From an uncultured Rivularia sp. (GTDB lineage: Bacteria; Cyanobacteriota; Cyanobacteriia; Cyanobacteriales; Nostocaceae), in NCBI GenBank assembly GCA_963665115.1, contig OY762007.1, forward strand, positions 7,744,001-7,808,000: a stretch of DNA of 64,000 bases, read 5' to 3'. A program made the translations under genes and the position numbers. This document shows, piece by piece, positions 31,921 to 41,114 of the stretch. The notes under the pieces were generated by a model. That model ran no database searches, was not told the origin of the DNA, and worked only from the letters and a program-made list of their open reading frames with translations. Numbering within the stretch: the stretch's first letter is position 1; each line of letters starts with the position of its first letter.

Positions 31921-33312
31921 CTACCGTTGTGCAATATCCCCCTCACGGGCTGCACGCTGTACTGCACCTGCTACTACGCTTGATACTCGTTCGTCGAAGA
32001 CTGACGGTATGATGTTCTCTTTGCTTAAATCTGATGGTTTAATTAAAGAGGCGATCGCACTGGCTGCTTCGAGATACATTGTGGTGGTAATTGTTGCTGC
32101 GCGACAATCTAAGGCACCGCGAAATACTCCGGGGAAAGCAAGTACGTTATTAATTTGATTCGGGTAGTCGCTGCGCCCGGTAGCAATTACGGCAACATCA
32201 TCTTTAACTAATTCCGGCTGCACTTCTGGCACCGGATTCGCCATCGCAAATACAATTGCATCCTTTGCCATTGTCTTCACCATTTCTGGTGTCAATACTC
32301 CCGGAGCGCTGACACCGATAAATACATCCGCATCTTTTACCGCATCGGCTAACTTTCCGGATGTTTTGACGGCAAATTCGCGCTTTTCTGGATTTAGGTT
32401 ATTCCGACTCGTAGAAATAATCCCTTTGGAATCACACATCCAAATTTCCTTGGCTTTGGCTTTGCGGAGTAACTTGGCGATCGCCACTCCAGCAGCCCCG
32501 GCACCGTTAATAACAATGCGGATTTCTTCGATAGGTTTTTGTACCAATTTCAAGGCGTTGAATAATGCAGCTAAGGTGACGATAGCCGTACCATGTTGAT
32601 CGTCGTGAAACACCGGAATATCCAATTCTTCCCTCAATCTTGCTTCAATTTCAAAGCAACGAGGTGCGGCAATATCTTCTAGATTTACACCCCCAAATAC
32701 CGGAGCAATATTTTTCACTATGTTAACAATTTCGTCTGTATCTTGAGTTGCAAGGCAGATGGGGAAAGCATCGATACCGGCAAACTCTTTAAATAGCATT
32801 GCTTTCCCTTCCATGACTGGTAAAGCAGCTTCCGGGCCTAAATTACCTAACCCGAGAACAGCACTGCCATCGGTAACAATAGCAACAGTATTTTGCTTAA
32901 TAGTTAAGTTGTAAACTTCCTCGGGATTTTGAGCGATGGCGCTACAAATGCGTCCTACACCGGGAGTGTAAGCCATTGCCAAATCGGATATACTCTTGAG
33001 TTGAATTCTGCTGGTAATACTAATTTTACCGCCGCGATGTAAATCAAAAGTGCGGTCATAGACATCTATAACCTTAATAACTGGCAACGCCTTAACCGCT
33101 TGGATAATATTGTCAGCGTGTTCCGTACTCGCAGCATCAACAGTAATATCGCGAATCGAAACCTGTCTGCTTTGCTCAATCAAATCAATTTGACCGAGAT
33201 TACCTCCAATTGATGCGATCGCATTGGTAACGCTAGCGAACATTCCGATACGATTGGGAATTTCCAAACGTAGAGTCAAACTAAAACTAGAATTGGGTGT
33301 TAAGTCTGGCAT
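31921..33312 (-). CDS. NAD(P)-dependent malic enzyme with N-terminal ACT domain
   Basis: AYTPGV, PVMEGK, NLEDI, FHDDQHGT, GAGAAG, AMANP, NQINN. Confidence 0.95.
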   Translation of the reverse strand: MPDLTPNSSFSLTLRLEIPNRIGMFASVTNAIASIGGNLGQIDLIEQSRQVSIRDITVDAASTEHADNIIQAVKALPVIKVIDVYDRTFDLHRGGKISITSRIQLKSISDLAMAYTPGVGRICSAIAQNPEEVYNLTIKQNTVAIVTDGSAVLGLGNLGPEAALPVMEGKAMLFKEFAGIDAFPICLATQDTDEIVNIVKNIAPVFGGVNLEDIAAPRCFEIEARLREELDIPVFHDDQHGTAIVTLAALFNALKLVQKPIEEIRIVINGAGAAGVAIAKLLRKAKAKEIWMCDSKGIISTSRNNLNPEKREFAVKTSGKLADAVKDADVFIGVSAPGVLTPEMVKTMAKDAIVFAMANPVPEVQPELVKDDVAVIATGRSDYPNQINNVLAFPGVFRGALDCRAATITTTMYLEAASAIASLIKPSDLSKENIIPSVFDERVSSVVAGAVQRAAREGDIAQR

Positions 33313-33907
33313 TGTAATCGGTAGATGACGAATATTAGCTTATCAAATTAAGGTTAAAGGATTTTGGATTTTAGATTTTAGATTTTGTATTGAAGAGTTA
33401 TGAGTTATATCGTATTGAAAGCATCTTGTTCGCTATCTTTCCAGCGTGTCGGCAAAAATATACATCTTGCTCCCTATCTTCCCCACCTTATTTTTTGCAA
33501 AGCTTGGCTGAGTTTCTCGGCTTGAGTTTCAGCAACAACTGCTGCATTTCGAGTTTGCGAGAATAACTCGGCTTATCTATGGCGATCGCCTCAATTGGTA
33601 AGAGTTTTTTCAAAAAATATCTATACTAGCTTTAACTAATTTATAATATTTCACCGCTATAATAGTCGTTTTAAATAAAAAACAGATGGTAGTGGGAGCA
33701 TCTTGCTCCCTCGTAGCAGTGTCCGCAATATGCTCCTAAGCTGATGCTAAATGTGAAAATTTGAAAAGGTTGTAGTGCTGCCTTCGCAGCGTGTCCGCCA
33801 GGACAAGCATCTTGCTCGCTATTACTATACAAATTAAATGCGTAGCAGCTTACTACGAAATTAATTGGAACGACTATAAATCTGCTGGTAAGGTAACAGG
33901 AGCAGGA

Positions 33908-34375
33908 ATGATTTCAATCATAAAACTAAATCCTGAAGATATCCACCAGTTTTTTTTATGGCGAGATCCAGATATTTATATTCATAATATCCTGCGACGA
34001 GAGGTAATGGAACATGAAGAAGGAAAGCGCATTATCTTCATTGCTTTAATTAATCTCAATATCGTAGGAACAGTACAATTTGTTCCCAAACATTATGACA
34101 TTGAATTGGCTGATGGAATCTCCACTGCTTACTTACAATCACTTTTAGTTGATATAAATTATAGAAGACAAGGTATCGGTAATCGATTAATTAAAGCAGT
34201 CGAATTTGAAGCAACACGGCGTAATTATCAGCGTTTAACTATTATGGTTGAATCAGATAATTCGGCAGCATTGAATCTATATCATAAAATGGGTTTTGCT
34301 TTTTTTAAAAACTCTCATAATATGTGGCGGGGAATGGAATATTGCGTCCAATGTTTTGAGAAAAGTTTAGTTTAA
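33908..34375 (+). CDS. GNAT family acetyltransferase
   Basis: YRRQGIG acetyl-CoA motif, N.AALNLYHKMGF; likely start ATG 33908 after GCAGGA. Confidence 0.82.
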   Translation: MISIIKLNPEDIHQFFLWRDPDIYIHNILRREVMEHEEGKRIIFIALINLNIVGTVQFVPKHYDIELADGISTAYLQSLLVDINYRRQGIGNRLIKAVEFEATRRNYQRLTIMVESDNSAALNLYHKMGFAFFKNSHNMWRGMEYCVQCFEKSLV

Positions 34376-34385
34376 TAATATAAAT

Positions 34386-34559
34386 GTAGAGACGTAGCAG
34401 TGCTACGTCTCCCCAGATTTTCGTTTGTATCGAAAATTTGCCGAAGGAGAAGGCGATAAATCGCTTACTACAAACCCATGAAAAATTGCACAGCAAAAAA
34501 CGCCTCCCGATTGCTCGGAAGGCGTTTTTATAATGTAGAGACGTAATACATTACGTCTC
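34386..34559. repeat. Two GTAG-REP palindromes (GTAGAGACGTA...TACGTCTC) at 34386-34411 and 34535-34559; third copy at 48949-48973
   Basis: Read directly. Confidence 0.8.
34495..34529. terminator. Bidirectional intrinsic terminator downstream of psbA
   Basis: A6-CGCCTCCCGA-TTGC-TCGGAAGGCG-T5. Confidence 0.85.
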
Positions 34560-34581
34560 CACGTCTGGAATTATTAAATTT

Positions 34582-35664
34582 TTAACCGTTGATTGCGGGA
34601 GCGCTAACTGCTACAGGAGCGGTTTCGCCAGCTGCCAAATCAAGTGGGAAGTTGTGTGCATTTCTTTCGTGCATTACTTCCATACCCAAGTTAGCTCTGT
34701 TCAATACATCAGCCCAGGTATTTACAACTCTACCGCTAGAATCGATTACAGACTGGTTGAAGTTGAAACCGTTCAAGTTGAACGCCATTGTGCTGATTCC
34801 CAAAGCGGTGAACCAGATTCCTACTACAGGCCATGCTGCTAAGAAGAAGTGCAAGCTACGGCTGTTGTTGAAGGAAGCGTATTGGAAGATCAAACGACCA
34901 AAGTAACCGTGTGCAGCTACGATGTTGTAAGTTTCTTCTTCTTGACCGAATTTGTAACCGTAGTTCTGAGACTCGGTTTCGGTTGTTTCACGTACCAAGC
35001 TCGAAGTTACCAAAGAACCGTGCATTGCACTGAACAAGCTTCCGCCAAATACACCTGCAACACCTAACTGGTGGAAGGGGTGCATCAAAATGTTGTGCTC
35101 AGCTTGGAACACGAACATGAAGTTGAAGGTACCCGAGATTCCCAAAGGCATACCGTCAGAGAAAGAACCTTGTCCAATTGGGTAAATCAAGAATACTGCG
35201 GTTGCTGCTGCTACTGGAGCAGAGAATGCAACACAGATCCAAGGACGCATACCCAAGCGGTAAGATAATTCCCACTCACGACCTAAGTAGCAAAATACGC
35301 CAATTAGGAAGTGGAAACATACCAACTGGTAAGGACCACCGTTGTACAACCACTCATCTAGAGAAGCTGCTTCCCAGATTGGGTAGAAGTGCAAACCAAT
35401 AGCGTTAGAAGAAGGAACAACTGCACCGGAGATGATGTTGTTTCCGTAGATCAACGAACCTGCAACAGGCTCGCGGATACCATCGATGTCAACAGGAGGT
35501 GCTGCGACAAAAGCGATGATGAAACAGGTGGTAGCAGCTAAGAGGGTAGGAATCATCAACATACCAAACCAACCGATGTATAAACGGTTATTGGTGCTGG
35601 TGATCCATCCGCAGAACTGTTCCCACGCACTGGCGCTCTCGCGTCTTTGTAATGTGGTTGTCAT
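34582..35664 (-). CDS. psbA: Photosystem II D1 protein (360 aa, standard form, Glu130)
   Basis: MTTTLQRR start at 35664; Mn-cluster ligands D170, E189, H332, E333, D342, A344 present; GREWE. Confidence 0.99.
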   Translation of the reverse strand: MTTTLQRRESASAWEQFCGWITSTNNRLYIGWFGMLMIPTLLAATTCFIIAFVAAPPVDIDGIREPVAGSLIYGNNIISGAVVPSSNAIGLHFYPIWEAASLDEWLYNGGPYQLVCFHFLIGVFCYLGREWELSYRLGMRPWICVAFSAPVAAATAVFLIYPIGQGSFSDGMPLGISGTFNFMFVFQAEHNILMHPFHQLGVAGVFGGSLFSAMHGSLVTSSLVRETTETESQNYGYKFGQEEETYNIVAAHGYFGRLIFQYASFNNSRSLHFFLAAWPVVGIWFTALGISTMAFNLNGFNFNQSVIDSSGRVVNTWADVLNRANLGMEVMHERNAHNFPLDLAAGETAPVAVSAPAING

Positions 35665-35897
35665 GGTTCGGATAATTGCGTTTTTGTTTGTCATATAATC
35701 GGGTTCGATTTCTCTTCCCCGTTAATAACTACTTTACATTAGTTTATCCACTTAGGATCATTTACTCAGATTATTATTACTTATTTAAAATATAATTATA
35801 GCTTATATCGTGAATTGGGCATTGGGGATTGGTAATTGGGTAGAAAAATTCCTAACTCCTAACTCCCTAACTATGCCCTATCCCCCATTCCCCAAAT

Positions 35898-37400
35898 TTA
35901 AAAATCAAAGTAGATATACGGTAATCTTCCTTCGGGAGCTAAAACCCAAACTGCCCAAAGACATAAGGGTATAAATAAAAGTTTCAAATGCCAATTAAGT
36001 TTTAATTTGAGGCGATTGTTGAGGGCGTAAGAAATAGCCATGATGGAGGCGATCGCGATTAATAGAGCAGCTAGTTGATACTGACTAATGCCTATAGCTT
36101 CTACATAGACTTTTTGGGCAAATTGCGCGTCGGCACTACGACCAAATAAATGAGTAATTACTAACCAGGAGTCTTGTACGTTAGGTAAGCGGAACCATAT
36201 CCATGAAGTGAAAACCATTAGTTGAGTTAGCAGCCAAGCTATAACTATTCCCGCTGGATTTTGCCAGAAGTTTTCTAAAGGCTCATATTTGTCGCTAACA
36301 ACATCGGTTAAACGATGCACCACTAACGCTAAACCGTGATAAGCACCCCAAATCACCCACCCTAATGCTGCATCGTGCCAAATCCCGGCAACAACCATGA
36401 CAATAAATAAGTTCAAGCAGGTGCGAGCTAAACCCTTACGCGAACCACCCAGGGGAAAGTAAAGGTAATTACGCAGCCAGTCACCCAAACTCATGTGCCA
36501 GCGCCGCCAAAAGTCAGCAATGCTGGTGCTAAAGTAAGGATGATTGAAGTTTTCTGGCAATACTAAACCGAAGAGTAAAGCACTACCGCGAGCAATATCT
36601 ACATAACCGCTAAAATCTAAATACAGTTGTAAGCCGTAAGCAAAAGTAGCTAACCACAAATCGATGCTACCGGCTCGTTGCAAACTGCTGAAAGCGAGAT
36701 CGACATAAATTCCCAAATGGTCTGCTAAAAGAGCTTTTTTCACCGCACCCCTAGCAATTAACCATAATCCCTCAGTTATCGTATCGGCATTAGGAAATTT
36801 GAGATGATTAAATTGACTTGCCAGATTGTGGTAGCGAGTAATTGGGCCGGAAATTAGTTTAGTAAAGAAAGATTTATAAGTTGCAAATTCAATAAATTGT
36901 CCAGAAGCAGGGGCACCGCGATAAATATCGACTAAATAAGCAATGCATTCAAAAGTAAAATATGAAATTCCCAAAGGTGCAAGTGCTTTCAAAGCACTCA
37001 CAGTTTCAGAATTAGTACTGCTTGAATTAAAAAAGCCAAATAAAGGCGGTAGATACTTAAACCCAAACAGCAGCAAAATATTTAAACCAATTCCCAGCCA
37101 TAAAACCTTCAAACGGCGACGATTCCAATCAGCTTGAGCAAATTGCCATTCTTCATTAGAAATTCGCCAATCAAGAGTATGCTTTCCGGGGGAAGTATTT
37201 TGTCCGAGAGCCAAACCCAAACGAAAATTGATAAAAGTCAGCGTCACCAACAGCGGTAAATAATAAAACTGGTTAGACGCATAAAAAATTAAGCTGGCAA
37301 TAAATAAAGTCCACAGACGCAACCTTTGTTGTTCTAAAGACCAATAAATTACCAACGCAGCGATTAAAAATAGTCCGTATCCGAACGAGATGAAATTCAT
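35898..37400 (-). CDS. MBOAT family O-acyltransferase (AlgI/DltB-like)
   Basis: PLGISYFTF, SGPI, YLDFSGYVDIA, ENFNHPY, FWRRWHMSL, GIWH. Confidence 0.93.
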   Translation of the reverse strand: MNFISFGYGLFLIAALVIYWSLEQQRLRLWTLFIASLIFYASNQFYYLPLLVTLTFINFRLGLALGQNTSPGKHTLDWRISNEEWQFAQADWNRRRLKVLWLGIGLNILLLFGFKYLPPLFGFFNSSSTNSETVSALKALAPLGISYFTFECIAYLVDIYRGAPASGQFIEFATYKSFFTKLISGPITRYHNLASQFNHLKFPNADTITEGLWLIARGAVKKALLADHLGIYVDLAFSSLQRAGSIDLWLATFAYGLQLYLDFSGYVDIARGSALLFGLVLPENFNHPYFSTSIADFWRRWHMSLGDWLRNYLYFPLGGSRKGLARTCLNLFIVMVVAGIWHDAALGWVIWGAYHGLALVVHRLTDVVSDKYEPLENFWQNPAGIVIAWLLTQLMVFTSWIWFRLPNVQDSWLVITHLFGRSADAQFAQKVYVEAIGISQYQLAALLIAIASIMAISYALNNRLKLKLNWHLKLLFIPLCLWAVWVLAPEGRLPYIYFDF

Positions 37401-37612
37401 TTTTCAATTATCAATTATCAATTATCAATAGGGATTGGGCATGGTGAATTGGAAGACAAGGTAAAAATTGAACTTTTAAACTTTAGATTGAACAATTCTT
37501 GAATAAAAGAATTTAAATTAAAAATTTTTTATTCATAACTCCTAACTCTTAATTCCTAACTTTTTTATTTCCCATCCCCAATGCCCAATGCCCAATGCTC
37601 AATGCCCATCTC

Positions 37613-40519
37613 CTACTTCCCACCCCAGGGAATCATCGGATCTTTGGCGAGTTTCTTGGATACTTCATATGCACCGTAACGGTTGAGGTGACTGGGATCG
37701 GAAAAGTAGTCGTTGGCTTTTAACCACGTTTGACTCAAGTCTCGGTAAACGAAGTTGGAACCGCTTGTTGCTAAATCCAACATATATTTCTCAAATTCTT
37801 GTTCGTATTTTGTCCGAGAGTTATCTAAATATTCTGCTGTTAGGGGCATATTTACAAACACTACGTTTATATTTCGTTTTTCTGTGTAGTTAAGTACTGC
37901 TTGCAGGGCTTCGTTTTGTTCGCCTAGTAATTCAAAGTCTTGATAGTCTCGATCGTAATTACCCGCTACTTTGGCGTGTTTTTTATAATAAGTGCTGGGG
38001 TTAAAACGGATAGATAATGGCAGAAATCCATCAAAGTCTACTGCGTAATTGGAAATGTCTTCTGAAGGATCTGTTAAGTCATCTGAAGTATCTACTTTTT
38101 TAAGAGCGCTAATAATGGGTAAAGATTTATATATTTTGACAATCTGACCTTTTAGTTTGTCGCGTTTTTTATAGGAACTCGAAACCGTAGAAAATCCTTC
38201 GTTTAATTTATCGTTGATAACTTGATTGCCATTGGTTTTTTGTTTGGCAATTTCTGCTTCTTTGGCGGTTATTGGCGTATCTGTGGAATCAATTCTTGCT
38301 AAGGATGTTTTTAAAGCATACTGATAACCAGGAGATTTTAAAATAGAATCAAAGGTATTATCTGTTCTACCGCTATTAAAAGCACGCGAACCATCTGCCC
38401 AAATAATTGTTTTTGGCAGTTCTGCTGGCTGGAGTACGCGACGAATTATAAAGTCTACTACTTGGGCTGTTGCTCCGTTAATACCAAAGTTAAATACATC
38501 AACATCTGGATAACCCTGCGTTGCTAAACCTTTAGAAAGTGCATCTGGATCTACACCTCGTAAAGCACGAGAGGAGCCAATAATTAAAACATCGGGTGGT
38601 ACACCGTTTTTTGCTACGCGCTGTTTGTATAGCGCTAGCTGTTCGTCTAACTGGCGAGCATTAAAACTGGGAAGTTGCGATCGCGCTGCTAGGAGAATGG
38701 CTGTTGCTGTTGCTTTACCTCGCGATGAATCATTTTTACTGGTGAAGCCGGAATTGTTAAAGGTCGATCTGGGCTTGGATTGTTCTTCGGTGCTGTTGGC
38801 GAGAAATGCTGTTGGTGGTTCTTCGGGTGTTATGGGAGATTGAGCGACTTGTGGAGTCGGAGGTGCAAGGGAAGTCAAAATTTTACCCGTTAGCCAATCA
38901 GTTTGTAGAGTTAACAGTAATCCTACGGCACCCCAAATTAATGCTACACGACCGACTCCTTCTGAAGTCTCGGATGGCTGCTGTTTTTCAACAAATAGCT
39001 GGGTACCTAAAAACCAGTTTTTGATGGTTCCGCCCCAATCCCGCGCTACGTTCGCAACGAAGTTCTGAACTTCTTCTGCGGTTAAATCGGGACGCAATAC
39101 GGGTTCTTCGTCATTGGGTAACAGTTCCTGCACGTAGGCAGAAGTAGCGGCAAATTCTGGAGTTGCTTCGGGTACTACCCGCTCGCGCTGCTTGAAATCC
39201 ACTCCGGATTGCCAAAATGGTTTTTTATTCCCGGCACGCCTTCCGTAAACGCGCACGCCTGCAAGCTCTGATAACTGTAAATGTTTAATTAAATTAATAA
39301 TTTTGGCAGCTATTTTTTTACGTGCGGGACATACCGGGGCATCGCACATGATGTGTAATAAATCTGCTTTTTCTGCCAATATTACGCGAATTCCGCCGGT
39401 TTGCAAGCGCTTATCTAAATTGGGATTAAGCAATCGTTGAAGTAAAAAAGTGATTGCTTCCATGTCGCCATTATTGGCTAATTCTATCGGCGATGTTGCT
39501 AAAGCTGTATGATATGAAGCTGGTAAAGACTGCCAATCAATCCACTCAGGTTGAGAAGAAGTTACTGTCTTTTGTCCGTAAATGGCTGCCGATAGTATTC
39601 CTTGAGGAGCTAATGCTTCTAAGCTCGGAACAATTTTATCCAAGCAGAATTTTTGAGCCGGAATCGCCGCATCTTCTGGAGATTCAGTACCGGGCATACA
39701 AAATATATGTAGCGTTGAATCTTGCAAAGAAGCCTGTATCTCTACCTTGGAATTATTAAATCCAATATTTAACAGCCTGACAATTGCCTGCACATCTCCC
39801 CATCGCGCCCATTCTTTGAGCATTACTTCTGGGGGTGTCAAATCAATTAACAACAGCCAATCCGGCTGAGTTTCGCCCACTACTTGCGTCGAAATCACTG
39901 CATCTTGATAATTCAACAGCTTAAGATTTCGTAACTTAGCTGCTACAGGCTCGGCAATTAAAGATGGGTCTGGCGTATAATTTGACTGACAAAAAACCCA
40001 CAAACGACCTTTATTGTTAGGAGCGCTCGGCTTTATTTTTTGCCTTTTAACTTTGACTTGAACGGCTACACCCAAGGTACTCAGGGTTTCGCTGAGATAG
40101 CGAGCAATCGCGTTTGGATCTCCCTGACGGGCTAAACTCTCATTCGATAAGATTAGCGCTCCGGGAGGTGCATCCGCCGCAAGTTGTGCTTGTTTTACTT
40201 CTTCTAAGTGCTTTTCAAGTTGATTTAAGTAAACCTTGTGACACCATTCTGGGCGTTTTTCGGTTTTTTTCTTTCCGTAAACGAAAACTTGGTATATTGA
40301 AGGTTGTTCGCTTTTTGTTAAAGCATCTAAATCGGTTTGCTGTAAAGCTTTAAGCAAATCGGATAAAGTGTTCCAACGAGGAGGACACTCAGATGATTCG
40401 CAAAGAATGTGCAGGTCGTTTCCTCGCAACCGGACTTTTACCCCTATAGAGTTTATTCCTGTTGCTTGGCTTACCCACTGTGCTAATGATTGTTGAGTTT
40501 CTAAAAAGGCTGTTTTCAT
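37613..40519 (-). CDS. Large DUF1574-type protein with C-terminal SGNH-like domain
   Basis: One TM; IIGSSR, FNFGING, FSDPSHLN (DxxH); start probably MKTAFLE at 40519. Confidence 0.75.
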   Translation of the reverse strand: MKTAFLETQQSLAQWVSQATGINSIGVKVRLRGNDLHILCESSECPPRWNTLSDLLKALQQTDLDALTKSEQPSIYQVFVYGKKKTEKRPEWCHKVYLNQLEKHLEEVKQAQLAADAPPGALILSNESLARQGDPNAIARYLSETLSTLGVAVQVKVKRQKIKPSAPNNKGRLWVFCQSNYTPDPSLIAEPVAAKLRNLKLLNYQDAVISTQVVGETQPDWLLLIDLTPPEVMLKEWARWGDVQAIVRLLNIGFNNSKVEIQASLQDSTLHIFCMPGTESPEDAAIPAQKFCLDKIVPSLEALAPQGILSAAIYGQKTVTSSQPEWIDWQSLPASYHTALATSPIELANNGDMEAITFLLQRLLNPNLDKRLQTGGIRVILAEKADLLHIMCDAPVCPARKKIAAKIINLIKHLQLSELAGVRVYGRRAGNKKPFWQSGVDFKQRERVVPEATPEFAATSAYVQELLPNDEEPVLRPDLTAEEVQNFVANVARDWGGTIKNWFLGTQLFVEKQQPSETSEGVGRVALIWGAVGLLLTLQTDWLTGKILTSLAPPTPQVAQSPITPEEPPTAFLANSTEEQSKPRSTFNNSGFTSKNDSSRGKATATAILLAARSQLPSFNARQLDEQLALYKQRVAKNGVPPDVLIIGSSRALRGVDPDALSKGLATQGYPDVDVFNFGINGATAQVVDFIIRRVLQPAELPKTIIWADGSRAFNSGRTDNTFDSILKSPGYQYALKTSLARIDSTDTPITAKEAEIAKQKTNGNQVINDKLNEGFSTVSSSYKKRDKLKGQIVKIYKSLPIISALKKVDTSDDLTDPSEDISNYAVDFDGFLPLSIRFNPSTYYKKHAKVAGNYDRDYQDFELLGEQNEALQAVLNYTEKRNINVVFVNMPLTAEYLDNSRTKYEQEFEKYMLDLATSGSNFVYRDLSQTWLKANDYFSDPSHLNRYGAYEVSKKLAKDPMIPWGGK

Positions 40520-40764
40520 CGGAAGTTGACGAAAAGGGATTGAGCGGACGCAGTTAGCTGGCAAGAGCTAGTAGACTAGAACTATCGATCGGGGTTAAGC
40601 GGGGCAAGTATTTTTTACAATGCTTTATTATCTCCATAACTTAATCTATTAGTTTGATGTCGTTGATTTAATTAGCCCATATTAACTTCGTAAAAAAGAT
40701 AATTTGTCTTTCATATGAAGTTTTGTGTTCGATCTAACTTATCTTACAGCAGTAAAAAATATCT

Positions 40765-41013
40765 ATGTCATCTCAAGCAGTTAATTCTAAATCACTATCA
40801 GGCGGCTTAAATTTGGGTTTATTCTCAATTCCCCAGTCTGTCATATTGCTTTCCGGTACCGTTTCTGTCTTAACATTAGTGTTAGCAGAAAAAGCTACAA
40901 GCGAAGCACTCATAGCCGTAGGACAAGCCAGCGAAGAACTATTTCGAGGCGAGCGCCTACCCATACTTGATTTTCCGACTTCAACCCAAACAAAAGACCA
41001 AAACCCAGTTTAA
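40765..41013 (+). CDS. Small hypothetical protein upstream of ppc
   Basis: 82 aa; hydrophobic stretch and GQASEELFRGERLP motif; same strand as ppc. Confidence 0.65.
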   Translation: MSSQAVNSKSLSGGLNLGLFSIPQSVILLSGTVSVLTLVLAEKATSEALIAVGQASEELFRGERLPILDFPTSTQTKDQNPV

Positions 41014-41114
41014 GTTGATTTAACCCGTTTTGGGGTGGAAATTTAATTTCTATGTAGGTGCTGCAACAGACGAAAAAATCATATACAGTAATCTGCTCTA
41101 TTACCTATTAGGAT

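Noticed and set aside
31651..32158. ORFs 31651-31833 and 31781-32158
   Set aside because: STRR read-through and antisense shadow of malic enzyme.
34589..35698. Several plus-strand ORFs over psbA
   Set aside because: Antisense shadows produced by psbA codon bias.
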